Positions 29,101 through 41,230 of a stretch of 64,000 bases of DNA are shown here, piece by piece (within the stretch, counting starts at the first letter, position 1; each line of letters begins with the position of its first letter). Source of the DNA: the human T2T-CHM13v2.0 reference genome, Homo sapiens. The DNA lies in assembly GCF_009914755.1 (NCBI RefSeq), contig NC_060938.1. One strand, 5' to 3'. Below the pieces are notes generated by a model that was not told the origin of the DNA, made no database searches, and worked only from the letters and a program-made list of their open reading frames with translations. The position numbers were made by a program, and so were the translations under genes.

Positions 29101-30500
29101 TTCCCGTTTCCAAAGATAGCTTCAAAGCTGTCCTAATATCTGCTTGTAAATTCTACAAGAATAGATTTTGAAAACTGCTCTATCAAAAGAAAGGTTTAAC
29201 TCTCTGAGTTGAGTACACACATCACAAAAAAGTTTCTGAGAATGCTTCTGTCTAGTGTTTATGTTAAGATATTGCGTGTTTCACCATAGGCCTCAAAGCA
29301 CAACAAATGTCCACTTTCAGAGGCTACAAAGACAGTGCTCAAAACTGCTCTCTCAAAAGCAGGGTTCAACTCTGTGAGCTGAATGCGCACATCATAAAGA
29401 AGTTTCTGAGAATGCTTCTGTCTAGTTATTATATGAAGATATTCCCCTTTCCAACGAAGGCCTCAAAGTGCTCCAAATGTCCACTTGCAGATTCTACAAA
29501 AAGACTGTTTCAAAACTGCCCTATGGAAAGGACGGTTCAACTCTGTGAGTTGAATGCACACATCACAAAGAAGTTTATACGAATGCTTCTGTCTAGTTTT
29601 TATATGAAGATATTTCCTTTTTCACCATAGGCCTCAAAGAGCTCCAAATGTCCACTGGCAGATACTACAAAAAGAGTGTTTCAAAACTGCTCTATGAAAA
29701 GGAATGTTCAACTCTGTGAGTTGAATGCAAACATTACAAAGAAGTTTCTGAGAATGCTTCTGTCTTGTTTTTATATAAAGATACTGCCGTTTCCAGCGAA
29801 GGCCTCAAAGCTGTCCAAATATCCACTTGCGAATCCCACAAAAACAGTGTTTCCAATCTGCTCTATAAAAAGAAAGCTTCAACACAGCGAGTTGAATGCA
29901 CACTTCACAAAGAAGTTTCGGAGAATGCATCTGTCTAGTTTCTATGTGAAGATATTCGCGTTTCCAATGAAAGCATCAAAGCTTCCCAAATATCCATTTG
30001 TAAATTCTCCAAGAAGAGTGTTTCAAAACTGCTCTATCAAAAGAAAGGTTTAACTCTGTGAGCTGAGTACACACATCACAAAGAAGTTTCTGACAATGCT
30101 TCTGTCTAGTTTTTATTTGAAGATATTTCCTTTTTCACCTTAGGACCCCAAGCACTCCAAATGTCCAATTGCAATTTCTACAAAAAGAGTGTTTCAAACC
30201 TGCTCTATGAAAAGGAATGTTCAACTCTGTGAATTGAATGCAAACATCACAAAGAATTTTCTGAGAATGCTTCTGTCTAATTATTATCTGAAGATATTCC
30301 CGTTTTGAACGAAGGCCTCAATGTGCTCCAAATGTCCACTTGCAGATTCTACAAAAAGAGTGTTTCAAAACTGCCCTATGGAAAGGAAGATTCAACTCTG
30401 TGAGTTGAATGCACACATCACAAAGCAGTTTCTGCGAATGCTTCTGTCTACTTTTTATGTGAAGATATTTCCTTTTTCACCATAGGCCTCAAAGAACTCC
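14151..30500 (-). repeat. Alpha satellite, irregular A/B layer (SF5-like or transitional) with recurrent monomer types
   Basis: ctgtgagttga replaces ctgttagttga/ctgtgacttga. There are runs of consecutive B-type monomers and recurring markers (gctgtccaaat, ttccaatctgctc, cttgtaaattctacaagaagag, gcaagcatcac). Boundaries are approximate. Confidence 0.8.
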
Positions 30501-33500
30501 AAATGTCCACTTGCAGATACTACAAAAAGATTGTTTCAAGACTTCTCTATCAAAAGATATGTTCAACTCTATGAGTTGAATGCAAACATCACAAAGCAGT
30601 TTCTGAGAATGCTCCTGTCTAGTTTTTATATAAAGATACTCCCACTTCCAAAGAAGGCCTCAAATCCGTCCAAATATCCCCTTGCAAATTCTACAAAAAG
30701 AGTGTTTCAAAACTGCTCTATGAAAACAAATGTTCAACTCTGTGAGTTGAGAGCAAACATCACAAAGAACTTTCTGAGAATGCTTCTGTGTAGTTTTTAT
30801 GTGAAGATATTTCCTTTTTCACCATAGGCCTCAAAGAGCTCCAAAAGTCCACTTGCGGATCCTGCAAAAAGAGTGTTTCAACCCTGCTCTATGAAAAGGA
30901 AGGTTCAACTCTGTGAGTTGAATGTACACATCACAAAGTAGTTTCTGAGAATGCTTCTGTCTAGTTTTTATGTGAAGATATTCCCGTTTCCAATGAAGGC
31001 CTCAAAGCAGTCCAAATATCTACTTGCAGATTCTACGAAAATAGTGTTGCAAAACTACTCTACGAAAAGGGAGGTTCGACTCTGTGAGTTGAATGCAAAC
31101 ATCACAAAGAAGTTTCTGACAATGATTCTGTCTAGTTTTTATTTATAGATATTTCCTTTTCCACCATAGGCCTCCAAGCTCTCCAAATGTCTGCTTGCAG
31201 ATTCTACAAAAAAAGTGCTTCAAACCTGCTCTATCAAAAGAAAGGTTCAATTCTGTGAGTGGAATGCACACATCACAAAGAGATTTCTGAGAATGATTCT
31301 GTCTAGTGTTTATGTGAAGATATCCCCTTTTCCAATGAAGGCCTCAAAGCGGTTCAATTATCCCCTTGCAGATTCTACAAAAAGAGTGTTTCAAACCTGC
31401 TTTATTAAAGGAAAGCTTCAACTCTGTGAGTTGAACACACACATCACAAAGAAGTTTCTGATAATGCTTCTATCTAGTGTTTATTTGAAGATATTCCCAT
31501 TTCCAACGAAGGCTTCAAAGCGTTCCAAATATCCACGTGCAGATTCTGCAAAAAGAGTGCTTCAAAACTGCTCTATGAAGAGGTATGTTCAACCCTGTGA
31601 TTTGAAAGCACACATCATAAAGTAGTTCCGAAGAATTATTCTGTGTGGTTTTTATATAATGATATTTCCTTTTCCATCATAGGCCTCAAAGCTCGCCATA
31701 TGTCCACTTGAAGATTCTACAAAAAGACGGTTTCAAACCTGCTCTATGAAAAGAAAGGTTCAACTCTGTGAGTTGAATGCACACATCACAAAGCAGTTTC
31801 TGAGAATGCTTCTGTCTAGTGTTTATGTGAAGATAATCCCGTTGCCAACAAAGGCCTCAAAGCAGTGCAAATATCCACTTGCAGATTCTACTAAAAGAGT
31901 GTTTCAAAAGTACTCTATGATAAGGTATGTCCAACCCTGTGAATTGAATGCACACATCATAAGAAGTTTCTGAGAATGCTTCTGTCTAGTTTTTAATGGG
32001 AAGATATTTCCTTTTCCACCATAGGCCTCAAAGCACTCCAAATGTCCACTTGCAGATTCTGGAGAAAGAGTGTTTCAAACCTGCTCTATCAAAAGAAAGG
32101 TTCAACTCTGTGAGTTGAATGCACACAGTTCAAAAAAGTTTTTGAGAAAGCTTCTGTCTGGTGATTATGTGAAGATATTCCCCTTTGCAACAAAGGCCTC
32201 AAAGCGGTCCAAATATTCACTTGCAGATTCTACAAAAAGAGTGTTTCAAAACTGCTCTATGAAAAGGTGTGTTCAACTCTGTGAGTTGAATGCAAACATC
32301 ACAATGTAGTTCCTTAGAATTCTTCTGTCTGGTTTTTATTTAAAGATATTTCCTTATCCACCATAGGCCTCATAGCTCTAAAAATGTCCGGTGCCGATTC
32401 TACAAAAAGAGGGTTTCAAACATGCTCTATCAAAAGAAAGTTTCAACCCTTTGAGTTGAATGCACACATCACAAAGAAGTTTCAGAGAATGCTTCTGTCT
32501 AGTGTGTATGTGAAGATATTCCCGTTTCCAAAGAAGGCCTCCAAGTGGTCCAAATATACATTTCCACATTCTACAAAAAGAGTGTTTCAAAACTGCTCTA
32601 TCAAAAGAAAGGTACAACTCTGTGAGTAGAATGCACACCTCACAAAGAAGTTTCTGAGCATGCTTCTCTCTAGTTTTTATGTGAAGATATTTACTTTTCC
32701 ACCATAGGCCTCAATCCTCTTCAAATGTCCCCTTGCAGATTCTACAAAAAGAGAGTGTTTCAAACATGCTCTATCAAAAGAAAGTTTCAACTCTTGGGGT
32801 TGAATGCACACATCACAAAGAAGTTTCTGATAATGCTTCTGCCTGTTTTTGTGTGAACATATTCCCATTTCCAACAAAGGCCTCAAAGCGTTTCAAATAT
32901 CCACTTGCATATTCTACGAAAAGAGTGTTTCAAAACTGCTCTATGAAAAGGTATCTTCAACTCTGTGAGTTGAATGCAAACATCGTAAAGAATTTTCTGA
33001 GAATTCTTCTCTCTTATTTTTATATGAAGATATAACCTTTTCCACCATAGGCCTCAAAGCTCTCCAAATGTCAATTTGCAGATTCTACAAAAAGAGTGCT
33101 TCAAAGCTGCTCTATGAAAAGAAAGGTTCCACTCTTTGTGTTTAATGCATGCATGAAAAAGAAGTTTTTGAGAATGCTTCTGTCTAGTGTTTATGTGAAG
33201 ACATTCCCGTTTCCAAAGAAAGCCTCATAGTGGTCCAAATATCCACTTGCAGATTCCGTAAAAAGAGTGTCTCAAAACTGCTCCAAGGAAAGGTATCTTC
33301 AACTCTGTGAGTTGAATGCAAACATCACAAACACGTTTCTGAGAACGCTTCTGTCTAGTTTTTGTGTGAAGATATTTCCTTTTCCACCATAGGACTCAAA
33401 GCTCTCCAAATGTCCACTTGCAGATACTAAGAAAAGAATGTTTCAAACCTGCTCTATGAAAGGAGAGGTTCAACTCTGTGAGTTGAATGCACACATCACA

Positions 33501-36500
33501 AAGAAGTTTCTGAGAACGCTTCTCTCTAGTTTTTATGTGAAGATACTTCCTTTTCCACCATATATCTCAAAGCTCTCCAAATGTCCACTTCAGATTCTAC
33601 AGAATGAATGTTTCCAACCTGCTCTATCAAAAGAAAGGTTCAACTCTGTGAGTTGAATGCACACATCACAAACAAGTTTATGAGAATGCTTCCGTCTAGT
33701 TTTTATGTGAAGATATATCCTTTTCCACCATAGGCCTCAAAGAGCTCCAAATGTCCACTTGCAGATCCTGCAAAAAGAGTGTTTCAACGCTGCTCTATGA
33801 AAAGAAAGGTTGAACTCTGTGAGTTGAATGCATACATCAAAAGTAGTTTCTGAGAATGCTTCTGTCTAGTTTTTATATGAAGATATTCCCATTTCCAATG
33901 ACGGCCTCAAAGCAGTCCAAATATCCACTTGCAGATTATAAGAAAAGAGTGTTTCAAAATTGCTCTATGAAAAGGGAAGTTTAACTCTGTGAGTTGAATG
34001 CAAACATCACAAAGAAGTTTCTGACAATGCTTCTGTCTAGTTTTTATTTATAGATATTTCCTTTTCCACCATAGGCCTCAAAGCTCTCCAACTGTCAACT
34101 TGCAGAATCTACAAAAAAAAAGTGTTTCAGACCTGCTCTATGAAAAGAAAGGTTCAATTCTGTGAGTGGAATGCGCACATCACAAAGAAGTTTCTGAGAA
34201 CGATTCTGTCTAGTGTTTATGTGAAGATATCCCCTTTTCCAACGAAGGCCTCAAAGCGGTTCAAATATCCACTTGCAGATTCTGCAAAAAGAGTGCTTCA
34301 AAACTGCTCTATGAAGAGGTATGTTCAACCCTGTGATTTGAAAGCACACATCATAAAGTAGTTCCGAAGAATTATTCTGTCTGGTTTTTATATAATGATA
34401 TTTCCTTTTCCATCATAGGCCTCAACGCTCGCCATATGTCCACTTGAAGATTCTACAAAAAGACGGTTTCAAACCTGCTCTATGAAAAGAAAGGTTCAAC
34501 TCTGTGAGTTGAATGCACACATCACAAAGCAGTTTCTGAGAATGCTTCTGTCTAGTGTTTATGTGAAGATAATCCCGTTGCCAACAAAGGCCTCAAAGCA
34601 GTGCAAATATCCACTTGCAGATTCTACTAAAAGAGTGTTTCAAAAGTGCTCTACGATAAAGTATGTTCAACTCTGTGAATTGAATGCACACATCATAAGA
34701 ACTTTCTGAGAATGCTTCTGTCTAGTTTTTATGGGAAGATATTTCCTTTTCCACCATAGGCCTCAAAGCACTCCAAATGTCCACTTGCGGATTCTAGATA
34801 AAGAGTGTTTCAAACCTGCTCCATCAAAAGAAAGGTACAACTCCGTGAGTTGAATGCACACAGTACAAAAAAGTTTTTGAGAAAGCTTCTGACTAGTGAT
34901 TATGTGAAGATATTCCTGTTTCCCACGAAGGCCTCAAAGTGGTCCAAATATTCACTTGCAGATTCTACAAAAAGAGTGTTTCAAAACTGCTCGATGAAAA
35001 GGTATGTTCATCTCTATGAGTTTAACGCAAACATCACAATGTAGTTCCTTAGAATTCTTCTGTCTGGTTTTTATTTACAGATATTTCCTTTTCCACCATA
35101 GGCCTCATAGCTCTAAAAATGTCCGGTACCGATTCTACAAAAAGAGTGTTTCAAACATGCTCTATCAAAAGAAAGTTTCAACCCTTTGAGTTGAATGCAC
35201 ACATCACAAAGAAGTTTCTGAGAATGCTTCTGCCTGTTTTTGTGTGAACATATTCCCGTTTCCAACGAAGGCCTCAAAGCATTCCAAATATCCACTTGCA
35301 TATTCTATGAAAGAGTGTTTCAAAACTGCTCTATGAAAAGGTATCTTCAACTCTTAATTGAATGCAAGCATCACAAAGAAGTTTCTGAGATTTCTTCTCT
35401 CTAATTTTCATATGAAGATATAACCTTTTACCCCATAGGCCTCAAAGCTCTCCAATTGTCAACTTGCAGATTCTACAAAAAGAGTGTTTCAAAGCTGCTC
35501 TATCAAAAGAAAGGTTCAACTCCTTGAGTTTAATGCACGCATGACAAAGAAGTTTTTGAGAATTCTTCTGTCTAGTGTTTATGAGAAGATATTTCCGTTT
35601 CTAATGAAGACCTCATAGCCGTCCAAATATCCACTTGCAGAATCTACAAAAAGAGTGTCTCAAAACTGCTCCATGGAAAGGTATCTTCAACTCTGTGAGT
35701 TGAATGCAAACATCACAAAGACGTTTCTGAGAATGCTTCTATCTAGTTTTTGTGTGAAGATACTTCCTTTTCCACCATAGGACTCAAAGCTCTCCAAATG
35801 TCCACTTTCAGAGTCTACAAAAAGAGTTTTTCAAACCTGCTCTATGAAAGGAGAGGTTCAAATCTGTGAGTTGAATGCACACATCACAAAGAAGTTCCTG
35901 AGAATGCTTCTCTCTAGTTTTTATATGAAGATACTTCCTTTTCCACCATAGGCCTCAAAGCTCTCCAAATGTCCACTTCAGATTCTACAAAATGAATGTT
36001 TCAAACCTGCTCTACCAAAATAAAGGTTCAGCTCTGTGATTTGAATGTGCACATCACAAATAATTTTACGAGAATGCTTCTGTCTAGTTTTTATGTGAAG
36101 ATATATCCTTTTCCACCATAGGCCTCAAAGAGTTCCAAATGTCCACTTGCAGATCCTGCAAAAAGAGTGTTTCAACCCTGCTCTATGAAAAGGAAGGTTC
36201 AACTCTGTGAGTTGAATGCACACATCACAAAGGAGTTTCTGAGAATGCTTCTGTCTTGGGTTTATGTGAAGACACTCCCGTTTCCAATGAAGGCCTCAAA
36301 GTGGTCCAAATATCCACTTGCAGATTCTACTAAAAGAGTGTTTCAAAAGTGCTCTATGATAAGGTATGTTCAACTCTGTGAATTGAATGCACACATCATG
36401 AAAACTTTCTGAGAATGCTTCTGTCTAGTTTTTATGGGAAGATATTTCCTTTTCCACCATAGGCCTCAAAGCACTCCAAATATCCACTTGCTGATTCTAG

Positions 36501-39500
36501 AAAAAGAGTGTTTCAAAACTGCTCCATCAAAAGAAAGGTACAAGTCCGTGAGTTGAATGCACACAGTACAAAAAAGTTTTTGAGAAAGCTTCTATCTAGT
36601 GATTATGTGAAGATGTTCCCATTTCCAACGAAGGCCTCAAAGTGGTCCAAATATTCACTTGCAGATTCTACAAAAAGAGCATTTCAAAACTGCTCGATGA
36701 AAAGGTATGTTCATCTCTATGAGTTGAACGCAAACATCACAATGTAGTTCCTTAGAATTCTTCTGTCTGGTTTTTATTTGAAGATATTTCCTTTTCCACC
36801 ATAGGCCTCATAGCTCTAAAAATATCCGGTACCGATTCTACAAAAAGAGTGTTTCAAACATGCTCTATCAAAAGAAAGTTTCAACTCTTTGAGTTGAATG
36901 CACACATCACAACGAAGTTTCTGAGAATGCTTCTGCCTGTTTTTGTGTGAACATATTCCCGTTTCCAACGAAGGTCTCAAAGCGTTCCAAATATCCACTT
37001 GCAGAGTCTAGGAAAAGACTGTTTCAAAACTGCTCTATGAAAAGGTATGTTCAACTCTGAGTTGAATGCAAGCATCACAAAGAAGTTTCTGAGAATTCTT
37101 CTCTCTAATTTTTATATGAAGATATAACCTTTTACACCATAGGCCTCAAAGCTCTCCAAATGTCAACTTGCAGATTCTACAAAAGGAGTGTTTCAAAGCT
37201 GCTCTATCAAAAGAAAGGTTCAACTCTTTGAGTTTAATGCACGCATGACAAAGAAGTTTTTGAGAATGCTTCTGTCTAGTGTTTATGAGAAGATATTTCT
37301 GTTTCTAATGAAGGCCTCATAGCGGTCCAAATATCCACTTGCAGATTCTACAAAAAGAGTATCTCAAAATTGCTCCATGGAAAGGTATCTTCAACTCTGT
37401 GAGTTGAATGCAAACATCACAAAGACGTTTCTGAGAATGATTCTGTCTAGTTTTTGTGTGAAGATATTTCCTTTTCCACCATACGCCTCAAAGCTCTCCA
37501 AATGTCCACTTACAGATTCTACAAAAAGAATATTTCAAATCTACTATATCAAAAGAAACCTTCAACTCTTTGTGTTTAATGAACACATCACAGAGTTGTT
37601 TCTGAGAATGCTTCTGTGTAGTTTTTATGAGAAGATAATTCCTTTTCCACCATAGGCCTCAAAGCTCTCCAAATGTCCACTTGCAGATTCTACAAAAAGA
37701 GTGTTTCAAACCTGCTCTATTAAAAGAAAGGTTCAAATCTTTATGTTGAATACACACATCACAAAGAAGTTTCTGAGAATGCATCTGTCTAGTTTTTATG
37801 TGAAGATATTCCTGTTTCCAATGAAGGCCTCAAAGCGGTCAAAATATCCACTTGCAGATTCTACTAAAAGGGTGCTTCAAAACTGCTCTATGACAAAGTA
37901 TGTTCAACTCGGTGAGTTGAATGCACACATCACAAAGAAGTTTCTGAGAACGCTTCTGTCTAGTTTTTATGTGAAGATATTCCCTTTTAAAACGAAGGCC
38001 TCAAAGTAGTCCAAATATCCACTTGTAGAGTCTACAAAATGAGTGTTTCAAAACTGCTCTATGAAAAGGGATTTTGAACTCTGTGAGTTGAATGCAAACA
38101 TCACAAAGATGTTTCTGAGAATGCTTCTGTCTAGTTTTTATGTGAAGATATTTCCTATTCCACCACAGGCCTCAAAGCATTCCAAATGTCCAGTTGTAGA
38201 TTCTACAAGAAGGATGTTTCATACCTGCTCTATGAAATAAGGTTAACTCTGTGAGTTGAATGCACTCAGCACAAAGAAGTTTTTGAGAAAGCATCTCTCT
38301 AGTGATTATGTGAAGATAATCCCGTTTCCAACGAAGACCTCAAAGCGGTCCAAATATCCACTTGCAGCTTCTACTACAAGAGTGTTTCAAAACTGCTTTA
38401 TGATAAAGTATGTTCAACTCTGTGAGTTGAATGCAAACCTCACAAACTAGTTTCTGAGAATGCTTCTATCTAGTTTTTATGTGAAGATATTCCCGTTTCC
38501 AACGAAGTCCTGAAAGCTATCCAAATATCCATTTGCAGCTTCTACATAAAGAGTGTTTCAAAACTGCTCCATGAAAAGTTATGTTCAACTCTGTGTTTTG
38601 AATGCAAACATCACAATGTAGTTTCTGAGAATGCTTCTGTCTACTTTGTATGTGATGATATTTCCTTTTGAACCATAGGCTTCAAATCTCTCAAAATGTC
38701 GAACTGCAGATCCTACAAAAAGAGTGTTTCAAACCTGCTCTATCAAAAGAAAGGTTAAACTCTGTGAGTTGAAAGCACACATTACAAAGAAGAGTCTGAG
38801 AATCCTTCTGTCTACTGTTTATGTGAAGATATTCCCATTTCCAACGAAAGCCTCAAAGCGGTCCAAATATCCACTTGCAGATTCTATAAAAAGAGTGTTT
38901 CAAAACTGCTCTAGGACAAGGTATGTTCAACTCTGTGTGTTGAATGCAACCACCCTAAAGAATTTTCTGAGAATGCTTCTGTCTAGTTTTTATGTGAAGA
39001 TATTCCCGTTTCCAACGAAGGCCTCAAAGCGTTCCAAATATCCGCTTGCAGATTCCACGAAGAGTGTTCCAAAACTGCTCTGTTAAAAGGTATGTTCAAC
39101 TCTTTGAGTTGAATGCAAACGTCACAAAGATGTTTCTGAGAATTCTTCTGTCTAGTTTTTATATGATGATATCTCCTTTTCCACCACAGGCCTCAAAGCT
39201 CTCCAAATGTGCACGTGCAGATTCTGCTAAAAGAGTGTTTCAAAGCTATTCTATGATAAGGTACGTTGAAATCTGTGAGTTGAAAACAAACATCACAAAG
39301 AAGTTTCTGAGAATGCTTCTGTCTATTTTTTATGTGAAGATATTCCCGTTTCCATAGAAGGCCTCAAAGCGGTAAAAATATCCACATGCAGATTCTACTA
39401 AAAGAGTGTTTCAAAACTGCTCTATCAAAAGGTATGTTCAACTCTGTGAGTTGAGTGCAAGATCACAAAGAATTTTCTGAGAATTCTTCTGCCTGCTTTT

Positions 39501-41230
39501 TATATCAAGATACTTCCTTTTCCACCATAGGCCTCAAAGCTCTCCAAAAGTTCACTTGCAGATCCTCCAAAAAGATTGTTTCAAACCTGCTCTATCAAAA
39601 GAAAGGTTCAACTCTGTGAATTGAATGCACATATCACAGAGAAGTTTCTGGGAATGCTTCTGTCTAGTGTTTATGTAAAGACATTCCCGTTTTCAACGAA
39701 GGCCTCAAAGCAGTCCAAATATCCATTTGCAGTTTCTTCAAAAAGATTGGTTCAAAACTGCTCTATCAGAGAAAGTTCAACTCTGTGAGTTTAATTCACA
39801 CATCACAAAGAAGTTTCTCAGAATGCTTCTGTCTAGTTTTTATGTGAAGCTATTTCCTTTTCCACCCTAGGCCTCAAAGCAGTTCAAATGTCAACTTGCA
39901 GATCCTACGAAAAGAGTGTTTCAAAACTGCTCTATGAAAAGGAAGGTTTAACTCTGTGAGCTTAATGAAAACACCACAAAGAAGTTTCTGAGTATGCTTC
40001 TGTCTAGTTTTTATGTGAAGATATTTCCTTTTCCAGCATAGGCCTCAAATCACTCCAAATGTCCACTTGCAGATTCTACAAAGAGAGTGTTTCAAACCAG
40101 CTCTATCAAAGGAAAGGTTCAACTCTGTGATTTGAATGCACACATCACAAAGGAGTTTCTGAGAATGCTTCTCTCTAGTGTTTATGTGTAGATATTCCCA
40201 TTTCCAATGAAGGCCTCAAAGCGGTCTAAATATCCACTTGCAGATTCTACAAAAAGTGTGTTTCTAAACTTCTCCATGAAAAGGTATGTTCAACTCTGTG
40301 AGTTAAATGCAAACATCCTTAAGAAGTTTCTGAGAATGCTTCTGTCTAGTTTTTGTGTGAAGATATTTCCTTTTCCACCATATGCCTCAAAGCTCTCCAA
40401 ATGTCAACTTGCAGATTCTACAAAAAGAGTGTTTCAAACCTGCTCTATCAAAAGAAAAGTTCATCTCTGTGAGTTGAATGCACACATCACTAAGAGGTTT
40501 CAGAGAATGCTTCTGTCTAGTCTTTATGTGAAGGTATTCCCGTTTCCAACGAAGGCCTCAGAGCGGTCCAAATATCCACTTGCGAAGTCTACTAAAAGAG
40601 TGTTTCAAAACTGCTCTATGATAAGGTACGTTCAAATCTGTGAGTGGAATGCAAACATCACAAAGAAGTTTCTGAGAATGCTTCTGTCTAGTTTTTATGT
40701 GAAGTTATTTTCTTTTCCACCATTGGCCTCAAAGCGCTGCAAATGTCCTCTTGCAGATTCTACAAAAAGAGTATTTCAAACCTGCTGTATCAAAAGAAAG
40801 GTTCAATTCTCTGAGTTGAATGCACACATCACAAAGAAGTTTCGGAGAATTCTTCTGTCTGGTTTTTATGTAAAAATATTTCCATTGCCACCGTAGGCCT
40901 CAGAGCGATCCAAATGTCCACTTGCAGATTATACAAAAACAGTGTCTCAAAACTGCTCTATCAAAAAGAAGGTTCAACTCTGTGAATTGAATGCACACAT
41001 CACAAAGAAGTTTCTGAGAATGCTTCTGTCTAGTGTTTATGTGAAGGTATTCCCGTTTCCACCGAAGGCCTCAAAACACTCCAAATATCCACTTGCAGAT
41101 TCTACAAAAAGTGTGTTTCAAAACTGTTCTGTTAAGAGGAATGGTGAACTCCATGAGTTGAATGCACAAATCACAAAGAAGTTTCTGAGAATGCTTCTGT
41201 CTAGTTTTTGTGTGATGATATTTCCTTTTC
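30501..41230 (-). repeat. Alpha satellite, SF5-like (R1/R2 irregular) layer including a decayed 17-mer tandem duplication
   Basis: A-box ttttccaccatagg; B monomers aaggcctcaaagcggtccaaat followed by aaaaggtatgttc/ataaggtatgttc; tctagtgtttatg. Boundaries are approximate. Confidence 0.8.
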
